64,000 nt of DNA from an uncultured Chloroflexia bacterium (GCA_963712745.1 CAVQJC010000015.1:1-64000), one strand, 5' to 3'. Positions 9,328 to 19,239 are shown, counted from the stretch's first letter. The notes: generated by a model not told the origin, from the sequence alone. Translations and numbers: made by a program.

Positions 9328-11655
9328 CTAGTAGTCGTGCCGATCACCCGTCTGGCTGCGTTCGCTCCGTAGGGGCCCCGTTAGCCGAAGGCCGGGGAAC
9401 GGCTCGAGCAGACCGATCTCGACGGCACGGTCGATGGCCTCGCTGCGACTCGACGCCCCAAGCTTCCCGTAGATCGCCACAGCCTGGCTCTTCACGGTGT
9501 AACGCGAAACGTGCAGACGGTCCCCGATCTCCTCGAAGCTCAGGTAGGTGGAGAGCATCGGCAAGATGCGCAGCTCGGCCGGCGTGAGGGTGGAGGGTCC
9601 GGCAAGCGTGCGTGCCGAACCGTCGACTCGCCGGCGAAGCTCCGCGAGTTCATCGGACAAGATCCCAAGGTCGGGTCGGCGACGCTTGATCTGCTCAGCC
9701 TGAGAGACGACGCTTCCAGCACCGGCTGGGTCGCCCATGGACAAGTAGCATCTGCCAAGCTCGATCAGAGCAGCTACCGAGTTCCAGGGCAATGCATATG
9801 TTGCCAACGGCCGCACGACATGAGCATGGAGAAGCTCATCGCGAGCCCATCGCAGGTCACCGTTGTGGATCGCGACCCGGGCCGACACGGCGTGCACGAT
9901 GAGCGCTGTCGAGATCTCAGTTAGCCCGGCTCGCTCGCCCGTTTCGTGGCTCTCGCGGGCGAACTGCTCCGCAGCCTGCCATCTACCTGCATCCATGGCA
10001 AGGATGGCGCGGCTGGCCAACGCCAACGCTGCCGGAACGCGCGTGGCGGCAGCTATATGGATGGCTTCGGCGAAGACATCATCGGCCTTGTCGGCCTCTC
10101 CTTTCAGCCAATGGGCGGAGCCAAGCAGGTAGAAGGCAGTGGAGCGCCAGGGGCTCGTGGGCAGCTCTGCGGCGACCGCGAGCGTGGCATCCGCCAACAT
10201 GCTCTCCCGGCCATGAGGAGTCATCGCGGCACGCAGCATCGCTTTCGCAGAGTCGACCGAGGCTGATCCGTCACGGGGCTCGCGGATGACCGTAGAACGC
10301 TCGGCGATGCCGGCCAGATGTTCAGTCTCGTCAGGCCTGCCGTTGAAGGCATGGAACCAGGCGCCGATGACGGCCAGCGAGGGATGCCGGGCGAACACGT
10401 CGTCATCGAAACTCCGCAGCCACCGGTAGACCAGATCGCTGCGGCCGCCGTAATGGGCCCGGAGCACCCCGGCCAGGACGAGGTGTGCGGTCCGGTCCAC
10501 GTCTCCGCTTGCGAACGAGTGCTCGATCGCCAGCTCGGTGCGACCGGCAGTCGCGTACGACATGGCCGCCCTTCTGTGCAACTCACGGGCAGTCCCCGGC
10601 TCGCGGCGCTCCAACTCGGACAGAAGATAGTCGCGCATCAGCTGGTGATAGCGATAGGCCGTCTCGGCGCCTTCGACCGCCGAGATGAGCTGATTCGTAC
10701 GTGCCAGCGACGATATCCGCTGCGCAGCTCCCTCGATGCCGCTGACGGCCTCGGCCAGCGGCGGCTCCACGACCTCAAGGATCGAGGTGCGCATGAGGAG
10801 CGCGACATCGCCATCGTCGAGGTCCGTTCGCAGAGCAGCGCGCAGATACTCGGCCAGGTGGCCGCCTCCATCTGCGAGGGTCGTCGTCCAGCCCGGGCCC
10901 TTCTGGTCTCGTGCAGCGGTGAGGGCTGACAGGTATATCGCTGCTGCCCAGCCCTCGGTACGTGCCGCAAGCGACCGAGACTCGTCCTGGCTCAGCCGGT
11001 ACCCTGCGTTCATTGTCAGGGCCTGTACCTCCTCCGCGTCAAAGGCGAGCCCCTCTTGGTCGATCTCGAGCAGGGTCCGCTGGGTCCTGAGTCGCGCCAG
11101 GGGCAGCCCCGGGTTCGACCGACCGGCCACGACCAGTTGGACCCGGGAAGGCAGGTAATCCAGGAGTAGCTCGAGCGCGTCGAGACAAGTTCGATCGATG
11201 AGCCGGTGGATGTCGTCAAGGATGAGCACGGTGGCATCGGGCAACCGGTGGAGCTCAGATGCGAGGCGGGGCACGGCCCCTCCCAGGGTCCGCGAGCCAG
11301 GCGCTGTGAGCATCGGGTTGATCGAACCATCGATGGGCATGATGCGGTCGATGACGGCCGCGAGATAGGTCAGAAAGACGCTGGGCTCGTTGTCGAAGTC
11401 ATCGATGGTGAGCCAGGCGACCGGACGCTCCTCGCGCGCAGCCCAGTCGGCGAGGAGCACGGTCTTGCCGTAGCCCGCTGCCGCGATGATGGAAACGACC
11501 GAAGACGACCGAGCGGAAACGAGCCGGTCGAGCAGTCGCGCCCGCGAGACGACCCCCGTTGGAGGGATCGGACAACGAAGCTTGGCGTCGACCAGCGGGA
11601 ACGAGGGCTCGAAGCCGGCTGCGAAACCGGCGTGATCGTTCTCCGTCGCCGTCAT
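9328..11655 (-). CDS. MalT-like LuxR-family transcriptional regulator
   Basis: AAAGYGKT Walker A, LILDDIH, TEGWAAAI, YRYHQL and a C-terminal LuxR HTH (LTPAELRIL...IYGKLG). Confidence 0.92.
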   Translation of the reverse strand: MTATENDHAGFAAGFEPSFPLVDAKLRCPIPPTGVVSRARLLDRLVSARSSSVVSIIAAAGYGKTVLLADWAAREERPVAWLTIDDFDNEPSVFLTYLAAVIDRIMPIDGSINPMLTAPGSRTLGGAVPRLASELHRLPDATVLILDDIHRLIDRTCLDALELLLDYLPSRVQLVVAGRSNPGLPLARLRTQRTLLEIDQEGLAFDAEEVQALTMNAGYRLSQDESRSLAARTEGWAAAIYLSALTAARDQKGPGWTTTLADGGGHLAEYLRAALRTDLDDGDVALLMRTSILEVVEPPLAEAVSGIEGAAQRISSLARTNQLISAVEGAETAYRYHQLMRDYLLSELERREPGTARELHRRAAMSYATAGRTELAIEHSFASGDVDRTAHLVLAGVLRAHYGGRSDLVYRWLRSFDDDVFARHPSLAVIGAWFHAFNGRPDETEHLAGIAERSTVIREPRDGSASVDSAKAMLRAAMTPHGRESMLADATLAVAAELPTSPWRSTAFYLLGSAHWLKGEADKADDVFAEAIHIAAATRVPAALALASRAILAMDAGRWQAAEQFARESHETGERAGLTEISTALIVHAVSARVAIHNGDLRWARDELLHAHVVRPLATYALPWNSVAALIELGRCYLSMGDPAGAGSVVSQAEQIKRRRPDLGILSDELAELRRRVDGSARTLAGPSTLTPAELRILPMLSTYLSFEEIGDRLHVSRYTVKSQAVAIYGKLGASSRSEAIDRAVEIGLLEPFPGLRLTGPLRSERSQTGDRHDY

Positions 11656-11770
11656 TGCCTCCCTCTCCACACACGCGCTGCGGCGACCCTAGCGCATCGA
11701 GAACGTGGCGTTGGACCCTCGGGTCTTCTCGAAGCCCAGCCGCTGCCCTACGAGATGGACGAGTGTTCGA

Positions 11771-12118
11771 CTACGGCCCAGCCCATTCGAGCGCGGCGTC
11801 GACATCGTATCCGGCCGCGAGTGCGATCTTGGGGGCCGCCGAGACGACCCTCGCCGAGCCGACCGATCCGGCGACCGCGAAGAGGACAGCTAGCAGGTCT
11901 TCGAGCGTCGCCCCGGCTCGCAGGGCAGTCTCGACAGCAGCCTGGTACGCCGACTGCGGTGCGTCGAGTGCGACGAGGGCCCCGATCCGAACGAGCGCCT
12001 CGGTGCGTTCATCGAGCAGGACCAGTGCCCCATCCTGACGCTCGAACTCAGCCATCGACGCGAGCAAGCCCGGCTCGCCGATGACAAGGCGCCGGAATGA
12101 CTTCTCGGTGGACTCCAA
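11771..12118 (-). CDS. carboxymuconolactone decarboxylase-like protein
   Basis: LDERTEALVRIGALVALDAP...ALRAGATLEDL; TTG start with GAGGGGAG RBS. Confidence 0.75.
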   Translation of the reverse strand: MESTEKSFRRLVIGEPGLLASMAEFERQDGALVLLDERTEALVRIGALVALDAPQSAYQAAVETALRAGATLEDLLAVLFAVAGSVGSARVVSAAPKIALAAGYDVDAALEWAGP

Positions 12119-12200
12119 AGCGTCTCCCTCGCACGGACCGAGCTGGTAAGGCCTCATTCGGCGAATACGAAGCCGATTCTGCGTCGCATCCGCGGCGCTC

Positions 12201-12225
12201 CGCATCGTCCTTTGTGGACGATGCG
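12201..12225. promoter_or_regulatory. perfect inverted repeat, candidate operator
   Basis: CGCATCGTCC-N5-GGACGATGCG in the divergent intergenic region between the CMD/LuxR genes and ppk2. Confidence 0.45.
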
Positions 12226-12372
12226 GAGCTGCGTGCGATTCCGTTTAATGGCTCACAACTCAAAGGTGGCAACTCAGCGGCGCTGTTTCGATCGACCGTC
12301 GCGCTGGCTCGATCGCAGCTTGAGGAGACCAAGGCCGCCGGGCCGACTGACAGGAGTAGAGGGAGTCCGACA

Positions 12373-13390
12373 GTGGCAACCATCACACCCAAGCGCATCC
12401 AGCAGTTCATCAAGCCCTTCCGGGTGGAGCCCGGACGCCGGGTCCGCCTGCCGCGTGATTTCGACCCAGCCGAGGTCACCCGTGAGGCCACCAAGGCCGA
12501 GAAGAAGGAAGTCTTGGCCTCGGGCATCGAGCTGCTGGCCGAGTACCAGGCCCGGCTGGCCGCGCAGGATACGTACGGCGTCGTCGTCGTCCTCCAGGCC
12601 ATGGATGCCGCGGGCAAGGACGGCACCATCCGCCACGTCATGAGCGGCGTGAACCCCCAGGGCGTGGAGGTCCACGGCTTCAAGATCCCCTCGGCCGAAG
12701 AACTCGACCACGACTACCTGTGGCGCTACCAGCGCAGCCTGCCCGAGCGCGGGCACATCGGCATCTTCAACCGCTCCCACTACGAGGAAGTGCTGGTCGT
12801 CCGGGTCCACCCCCAGATCCTGGCCGGCCAGAAGATGCCGCCCAAGTCCAAGCGCGGTGATGTCTGGAAGCGGCGCTTCCGCGAGATCAATGACTGGGAG
12901 CACTACCTCACCGACCAGGGCTATCGCTTCGTCAAGATCTTCCTCAATCGTCTCCAAGGAGGAGCAGCGCCGGCGCTTCCTGTCGCGCATCGACGAACCG
13001 GAAAAGAACTGGAAGTTCAGCGCCAACGACGCCAAGGAGCGGGCCTACTGGGACGACTACCAGAAGGCCTTCAGCGAGGTGCTCAGCAACACCAGCACCG
13101 AGTGGGCGCCGTGGTTCGTCATCCCGGCCGATGACAAGCCCTTCGCCCGGGTCGTGGCGGCCGGCGTCATCGCCGACGCCCTCATCGGGATCGACCCGCA
13201 GTACCCGACCGTCAGCGACGAAGATCGGGCGTCGCTCCAGAGCGTGAAGACCGAGCTCATGGCCCAGGCCCCGGCGGGCGCCAAGGCTGACCCGGTCGAG
13301 GCCGAACTCGCCGCGCAGGCGGACAAGAAGCCGAAGGCCGACAAGAAGGCCAGGAAGCCGAAGAAGGCCAAGAAGGGGAAGAAGTCGTGA
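12373..13390 (+). CDS. ppk2: polyphosphate kinase 2 family protein (PPK2), +1 frameshift near 12948
   Basis: LQAMDAAGKDG, GVNPQG, IFNRSHYEEVLVVRVH; continues in another frame as SKEEQRRRFLSRIDEPEKNWKFS...APWFVIPADDK. Confidence 0.9.
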
Positions 13391-16167
13391 CCGCTGCTAC
13401 ACCATCCCCTGCGGCGAACACCCCGGCCAAGGACGATACCGCCGCCTGGTTCGCCCTGAGCCCCGAGGACGCCCTTAAGAAGCAGGGCGTGGATCAGGAC
13501 CAGGGCCTGGCCTCTGCCGAGGTCGACTCGCGGCGCGCCAAGTACGGCCCCAACAAGTTCACCTCGGCCAAGAAGGCCACGCCCCTGCAGATATTCCTGG
13601 GTCAGTACGTCGACCCCATGCAGATCGTGCTGGTCATCGCCGGTGTCGTCTGTCTGTTCCTGCCCGACCAGTTCTTCACCGGCCTCATGCTCCTGCTCCT
13701 GACCCTGTTCAACGCGCTGATGGGCATGAACCAGGAGGGCAAGGCCTCGTCAGCCGCAGACGCCCTCAGCCAGAAGATGGTCGTGACCGCCAAGACGCGC
13801 CGCAACGGCGACCTCGTCGATGTGCCCATGGAGCAGCTCGTCCCGGGTGACATCGTCAATCTGCAGGCCGGCGACCTGGTCCCGGCGGATGCCCGGATCG
13901 TGGACGCTGCGACCCTGGAGATCGACGAATCGGCACTCACCGGCGAGAGCGTCCCCACGCCCAAACAGACTGGCGCCGTCGCTGCCGACGCGGCCCTCGG
14001 CGACCGGGTGGACATGGCCTTCATGAACACCCAGGTGACGAGGGGCTCGGGCGTGGTCCTCGTGGTCACCACGGGCATGGACACCCAGGTCGGCCACATC
14101 AGCGGGATGCTCTCATCCACGGTGGCCGAACAGACGCCGCTGACCAAGCAGATCAACGGGCTGACGCGCCAGATCCTGATCCTGGCCGGGTTCGCCCTCG
14201 CCGCCTCACTCATCCTGGGCATCTACCGAGGCGCCGCCCTCGAGGAACTCTTCCTCACCGCCGTCGCGTTCATGATCGCCGCCATCCCGACGGCCCTCCC
14301 GGCCATCGACACGGCCATCCTCTCCAAGGGCTCGCAGATGCTCGCGGCGGCTGGTGCCATCGTCAAGCAGCTGCGCTCGGTCGAGACGCTCGGCTCCACG
14401 TCCGCGCTCAACTCGGACAAGACCGGCACCCTCACGATGAACCAGATGACCGCGGTCCAGCTGTCCATCGCGGGGCGTCGCTACACCATCACCGGCACCG
14501 GCTACTCGACGGACGGGCACATCACCCAGGCCGCCGGCCAGAGCCCGGTCCCGCTCGAGCCGTACCTTCTGCCGATGGCCCTCTGCTCCGATGCCGAGGT
14601 CCGTGACGCCAAGCTCACCGGTGACCCCACCGAGGGTGCACTGGTCGTCCTCGCTACCAAGGGCGGCATCGACGTCGACCAGACGCGTGAGGCCTATCCG
14701 CGCGTGGGAACGCTGCCATTCGATGCGGCCTACAAGCTCATGGCTACCTTCCACGACTGGACCGACGAGAGCGGTAAGTCGGTCGTGCGAGCCTACATCA
14801 AGGGTTCCCAGGACCAGCTGCTCGAACGCGCTGCCTTCGTCAGCGGTCAGGACGGCAAGGCGGTCCCTGTCGCCAAACTCCACGATGCCTACGTCGCCGA
14901 GAGCGATCGTATGGGCCAGCAGGGCATGCGGCTCATGGCCACAGGCTTCAAGGACCTCGACCCGGCTGCCTTCGACCCCGACGCCGATCTGCTCAAGGCC
15001 ATCGAGGGGATGACGCTGCTGGCGCTCGTGGGCATCACCGATCCACCCCGACCTGCAGCCAAGGCAGCCATCGCCGAGGCCCATGCAGCCGGCATGCAGA
15101 TCCGCATGATCACCGGCGACGCCGCCCTTACCGGCGAGGTGGTGGCCCACCAGCTGGGCATCACGGGCAGGGGCATGACCGGTGCCGAGTTCTCCGCCCT
15201 GAGCGACGAGGACGTGCGCCGCGAGGTCGACGACATCGGGGTCGTGGGTCGCGTCACACCCCAGGACAAGGTCCACCTCGTGGACGTGCTGCGGGAGAAG
15301 GGTCACATCGTGGCCATGACCGGTGACGGCGTGAACGACGCGCCGGCCATCAAGAAGGCCGACATCGGCATCGCCATGGGCATCACCGGCACGGCGGTCA
15401 CCAAGGCCGCGGCCGACATGATCCTCTCCGATGACAACTACGCCACCATCATCAAGGCCGTCAGCATCGGCCGCAACGTCTACGACAACCTAGTGCGCTT
15501 CATCCGCTACCAGATGGCCGCCTGTTACGGCTACATCACCGTCTTCCTCGGTGCGGCGCTCCTCAACATCCTGGGCGGAGTCCCGTTCCTGCCGCTCCAG
15601 ACCATGTGGCTCAACTTCACGGTCAACATCTTCCAGGCCATCGGCCTCGGGTTCGGGAAGCCGCGAGACGGTCTCATGCAGGAGAAGCCGCGGCCCAAGG
15701 ATCAGAAGATCCTGCCGACCCAGCTCACCGCCTGGCTCGTCGTCGTCGGCCTGATCATGGGCGCAGGCACGCTCGGGGTCATGGCCTGGGCGGGCCGCGA
15801 ATATGGCGACACGGTCGCGCGCACGATGGGCGTGACCACGTTCGCGCTCTTCCGCATCGTCTCCTCCCTCGAAACGGCGGACGAGCGGCGGTCGGTCTTC
15901 AGCGGCTACATCCTGAGCAATCCCACGCTGCTCAAGGGGACCGGGCTGTCGATCCTGTTCATCATCCTCGCGACCGAGCTCGGCATCCTCCAGAACGTGC
16001 TCTCGATGGTCAACCTGACCGGAGGGCAATGGCTCATCTGCATCGGCGTGGCGCTGTCACTGCTCGTGGTCGAGGAGGTCCGCAAGCTCCTCAAGGTCCG
16101 TGCCGGCCACGAGCTGCCCGAGCCGACCACCAGTGCCCCGACAGCCCCGGCATCCGCCGCGGCCTAG
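13387..16167 (+). CDS. cation-transporting P-type ATPase (P2-like, atypical ion site)
   Basis: DESALTGES, SDKTGT, GDPTE, MITGD and MTGDGVNDAPA motifs; ~10 TM segments. Confidence 0.93.
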   Translation: MTAATPSPAANTPAKDDTAAWFALSPEDALKKQGVDQDQGLASAEVDSRRAKYGPNKFTSAKKATPLQIFLGQYVDPMQIVLVIAGVVCLFLPDQFFTGLMLLLLTLFNALMGMNQEGKASSAADALSQKMVVTAKTRRNGDLVDVPMEQLVPGDIVNLQAGDLVPADARIVDAATLEIDESALTGESVPTPKQTGAVAADAALGDRVDMAFMNTQVTRGSGVVLVVTTGMDTQVGHISGMLSSTVAEQTPLTKQINGLTRQILILAGFALAASLILGIYRGAALEELFLTAVAFMIAAIPTALPAIDTAILSKGSQMLAAAGAIVKQLRSVETLGSTSALNSDKTGTLTMNQMTAVQLSIAGRRYTITGTGYSTDGHITQAAGQSPVPLEPYLLPMALCSDAEVRDAKLTGDPTEGALVVLATKGGIDVDQTREAYPRVGTLPFDAAYKLMATFHDWTDESGKSVVRAYIKGSQDQLLERAAFVSGQDGKAVPVAKLHDAYVAESDRMGQQGMRLMATGFKDLDPAAFDPDADLLKAIEGMTLLALVGITDPPRPAAKAAIAEAHAAGMQIRMITGDAALTGEVVAHQLGITGRGMTGAEFSALSDEDVRREVDDIGVVGRVTPQDKVHLVDVLREKGHIVAMTGDGVNDAPAIKKADIGIAMGITGTAVTKAAADMILSDDNYATIIKAVSIGRNVYDNLVRFIRYQMAACYGYITVFLGAALLNILGGVPFLPLQTMWLNFTVNIFQAIGLGFGKPRDGLMQEKPRPKDQKILPTQLTAWLVVVGLIMGAGTLGVMAWAGREYGDTVARTMGVTTFALFRIVSSLETADERRSVFSGYILSNPTLLKGTGLSILFIILATELGILQNVLSMVNLTGGQWLICIGVALSLLVVEEVRKLLKVRAGHELPEPTTSAPTAPASAAA

Positions 16168-16251
16168 TCCGACAGAGGAGGCGACATCCCGCGGAGCAAG
16201 AACGACCCCGTCCACCAAGCGATCGATGCATGAACAAGGAGGAACCAACCC

Positions 16252-17250
16252 ATGGCTGACAAGCACGTGACCGGACCGATCCAGGTGTTCGTCGTCGGCT
16301 TCGACAAGTTCGAGGCCACCGGCCGCATCCTGGCCGAGCTGCGCCGGGTCCGAAAGCGCGGTGTCATCCGCGTCATCGACACCCTCTTCGTCCAGAAGGA
16401 CGCCCACGGTGACATCGCGAACACGATGCACCTGACCGACCTCTCCGAGGACGAGCGCATGCGCCTGGGCGCTATCGCCGGTGGCCTCATCGGCCTCGCC
16501 GAAGGTGGTCTCGAGGGTGGTCTCGAGGGCGCCGATGCCGGTGCCCTCGCGGTGGCCGAGCGCGACGCTGGCCTGTCGGTCGATCGCCTCATCGAGCTGG
16601 GCGAGTCCATCCCCGCCGGTGGTGCGGCCGCCATCCTGGTCATCGAGCACCACTGGGCCACGGACCTGCGCGACGCCATCGCAGAGGCCGGCGGCCGCAC
16701 GCTCATGCAGGCGATGGTCGCGCCCGACGCGCTCGCGCTCGTGGGCGAGGAGCTGCGCGTCAAGCTCGAGGCAGAGGAGGCCATCGAGGAGGCCGAGGCG
16801 ATCAAGCTCGCAGCTGCCATCGACATCGTGCAGACGCTCGAGGAGGCCGAGCTCATCGAGGAGGCCGCGATGCTCGAGGCCGCCGAGGTCGTGGCCACCG
16901 CCATCGCCATCGAGGATGCCGCCGCCGAGGACGTCGTCGAGACGCTCATCGCCGCCGAGCTCATCGAGGCGGAGGCCGAGGCGGAGGCGGCTGACGTGGT
17001 GCGAATGTCGCTCGACGTCGAGGAGGCCGCCGTCGAGGAGGCCGAGGATGCCGTCGCGGCCGCGGACGCCATCGAGGCCGCCGCCGCCCTGCGGGCCATC
17101 CGAGCCCTCATCGCCGAGGAGATCATCGAGGAGGAGGCCGCCGAGCGCGCCGTCGCCGCGATGGTCACCGCCGAGCTCATCGAGGAGGAGGCCGCCGAGG
17201 AGGCGCTCGCCACCGTCCTCGCCGCCGAGGAGATCGAGGCAGAGGCCTAG
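16252..17250 (+). CDS. DUF1269/DUF6325-like protein with long Glu/Ala-rich C-terminal region
   Basis: GPIQVFVVGF, VIRVIDTLFVQKD and AAAILVIEHHWA motifs; AAGGAGG RBS; acidic repeats. Confidence 0.75.
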   Translation: MADKHVTGPIQVFVVGFDKFEATGRILAELRRVRKRGVIRVIDTLFVQKDAHGDIANTMHLTDLSEDERMRLGAIAGGLIGLAEGGLEGGLEGADAGALAVAERDAGLSVDRLIELGESIPAGGAAAILVIEHHWATDLRDAIAEAGGRTLMQAMVAPDALALVGEELRVKLEAEEAIEEAEAIKLAAAIDIVQTLEEAELIEEAAMLEAAEVVATAIAIEDAAAEDVVETLIAAELIEAEAEAEAADVVRMSLDVEEAAVEEAEDAVAAADAIEAAAALRAIRALIAEEIIEEEAAERAVAAMVTAELIEEEAAEEALATVLAAEEIEAEA

Positions 17251-17325
17251 ACGATCCAGCTAGCCCTGGCCGTGCGCGTCCATGCGCACGGCCCCAAGAA
17301 GCCCAACCGTGACAAGGAGAACGAG

Positions 17326-17958
17326 ATGACAGACGAGCAGCAGACCCCCCAGGACGTCGACGCCGTCGTGGCCGCCGAGGCTGACGACACCGGTGCCACC
17401 GTGGTGGCAGCGGTCGGCGACGAGACCGGCGTGCAGGCTGTCGGCGCGGTCGTGACCGACTATGACTACGCCGCCATCGTGGCGGCCTTCAACGACGAGG
17501 ATGCGGCCATCGCCGCCTACAGCAACCTGCAGGATGCCGAAGCGACCGGTGGCCTCAGGATCGAGGGCGTGCTCGTCATCAAGACCGATGACGAGGGCAA
17601 GGTCAAGATCCAGAAGATGACCGACCACAGCACCAAGACCGGCGTCAAGTGGGGCGCGGTCGGTGGCGTGGTGCTGGCCATCTTCTTCCCGCCCACCATC
17701 ATCGCCGGTGCGGTCGGTATGGGCGTCGTCGGTGGTGTGCTCGGCAAGCTCCGCCAGGAATGGCACAAGGCCGACGCCGGCGACGCCTTGACCGGTGCCC
17801 TCGGGCCCAACCAGTCGGGCATCCTCGCGCTCGTCGTGGCCAACGACGTCGCGGCCGTCACGGCCAAGATGCCGGCCGCCACCAGCGTCCGCAGCGCCGG
17901 TGTCGACGACGCGACAGCCAGCTCCATCAAGGACGCGGCGGCCAAGGCCAGCGCCTAG
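17326..17958 (+). CDS. DUF1269-like membrane protein
   Basis: VIKTDDEGKVKI, Gly-rich TM hairpin GAVGGVVLAIFFPP, LGPNQSGILALV; AAGGAG RBS. Confidence 0.78.
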   Translation: MTDEQQTPQDVDAVVAAEADDTGATVVAAVGDETGVQAVGAVVTDYDYAAIVAAFNDEDAAIAAYSNLQDAEATGGLRIEGVLVIKTDDEGKVKIQKMTDHSTKTGVKWGAVGGVVLAIFFPPTIIAGAVGMGVVGGVLGKLRQEWHKADAGDALTGALGPNQSGILALVVANDVAAVTAKMPAATSVRSAGVDDATASSIKDAAAKASA

Positions 17959-18160
17959 CCCTTCGGTCCGGAACGAGCACCGAGCCCGGGTCGGCCCTCG
18001 TGGACCCTCCCGGGCTCGTCGCATCCCTGGGCCCTTGCCGCGTCCACCGACGAGAACACCCCGCCTGGACGCCGCGACACCACGACGCTCTCACCGGCGC
18101 TGCCATGGGACCCGGGGCCTCGATCGGTGGCTCTCTCGATCCGATACGTGAAGGACACCG

Positions 18161-18802
18161 ATGACTGATCGAACGACCGACCCTACTGGCCAGCCTCACC
18201 TCTCGAGAGCCCTGCCCCTCGATCGCTTCGATGCCTTCTCCGATGGCGTCTTCGCTATCGCCATCACGCTGCTCGTCATCGACCTGACCGTCCCGACCGG
18301 GCCCGACCTGCTCGCGAGCCTGGTCGAGGCGTGGCCGGAGTTCCTGGGCTATCTCATGAGCTTCGCGTTCATCGGCATGAGCTGGTTGACGCACGCTCGG
18401 ACGACGAGGCTGATGCAGGGCAGCGACACACTCGCGGCCGGACTCAACCTCCTGGCCCTGCTGTTCATCGCCCTGCTGCCGTTCTCGACCAGCCTGATGG
18501 TGAGCAACATCGGCGGCCCCGATACGGGGGTGGCGGTGCTCGTCTACGGCCTTAACGTGCTCATCGCATCGGTGATGCTGACGTTGCTGATGGCCTACCT
18601 CGTACGCCAGCGATCGCTGCTGGGTGGCGAGATCGCCGATGCGACGCTGGCAGCGCTGACCCGGCAGCGCAGGATCTCCAATGGTGTCTGGCTGATCGCC
18701 GTCGTCGTTGCCCTGGTCGCGCCGCCGGTCGCGGTCGGCCTCTATGTGTTGGCCACGGTGCTGTTGTTGGCCCTGCCGTTCCTGCGGGTGCGCCGGCTCT
18801 GA
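18161..18802 (+). CDS. TMEM175 (DUF1211) family K+ channel
   Basis: RFDAFSDGVFAIAITLLV signature, W-x2-H and LLPFST motifs. Confidence 0.88.
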   Translation: MTDRTTDPTGQPHLSRALPLDRFDAFSDGVFAIAITLLVIDLTVPTGPDLLASLVEAWPEFLGYLMSFAFIGMSWLTHARTTRLMQGSDTLAAGLNLLALLFIALLPFSTSLMVSNIGGPDTGVAVLVYGLNVLIASVMLTLLMAYLVRQRSLLGGEIADATLAALTRQRRISNGVWLIAVVVALVAPPVAVGLYVLATVLLLALPFLRVRRL

Positions 18803-18830
18803 GGACTGTGCGTAGGCGACCGGCCACGGG

Positions 18831-18880
18831 CCAGGCCGCCCAGCTGGATGTGGCGAGTTCGAATCCCGTATCCCGCTCCA
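18831..18880 (+). pseudogene. degenerate tRNA-Gly 3'-half remnant, possible att scar
   Basis: CCAGG-CCGCCCA-GCTGG stem-loop, GCGAG-TTCGAAT-CCCGT T-arm, ends TCCCGCTCCA; 34/40 identical to 9281-9320. Confidence 0.65.
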
Positions 18881-18990
18881 TCCCCACCCTTGGGCGCCAT
18901 CGCGGCTGATGCTCTCCGCCAGGTGCGGCAGCCCGTCGCAACTCGGACGGTTCAAGCTAGTCTGGGGCCAGCGGAGTAGCGAGAGGTCCG

Positions 18991-19221
18991 ATGGTCACAG
19001 AGCAGCAGCTCGAGCGGTACGCCGACGTCATCACCACTGTCGGCCTGCCGGCCGACCATCGCTGGCAGCAGCGACCGGCAGCGGGGCCCAACTCCAGCCA
19101 TGTGCACGTCGACCTCGTCGTGGGCTCCCACGCAGTCGACATCACCGGCCTCACCGCCGACAGGTCCGAGGAACTGCTGGTCTCCGGCGGCGAGTGGGCC
19201 TTCGATCCGACCGGACCGTGA
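18991..19221 (+). pseudogene. internally deleted M29 (aminopeptidase T/II) remnant
   Basis: N-terminal QLERYADVITTVGL joined to C-terminal NSSHVHVDLVVGS...DITG.TAD...GGEWAF; ~76 aa versus ~410 aa expected. Confidence 0.65.
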
Positions 19222-19239
19222 CCGGCACCGCTCCTGTCT

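Noticed and set aside
12940-12960. Programmed frameshifting in ppk2
   Set aside because: No slippery sequence, and similar +1 errors occur in unrelated genes.
18805-18880. Functional tRNA-Gly
   Set aside because: No 5' acceptor strand or D-arm, and mismatches in the stems; the same holds for 9245-9320.
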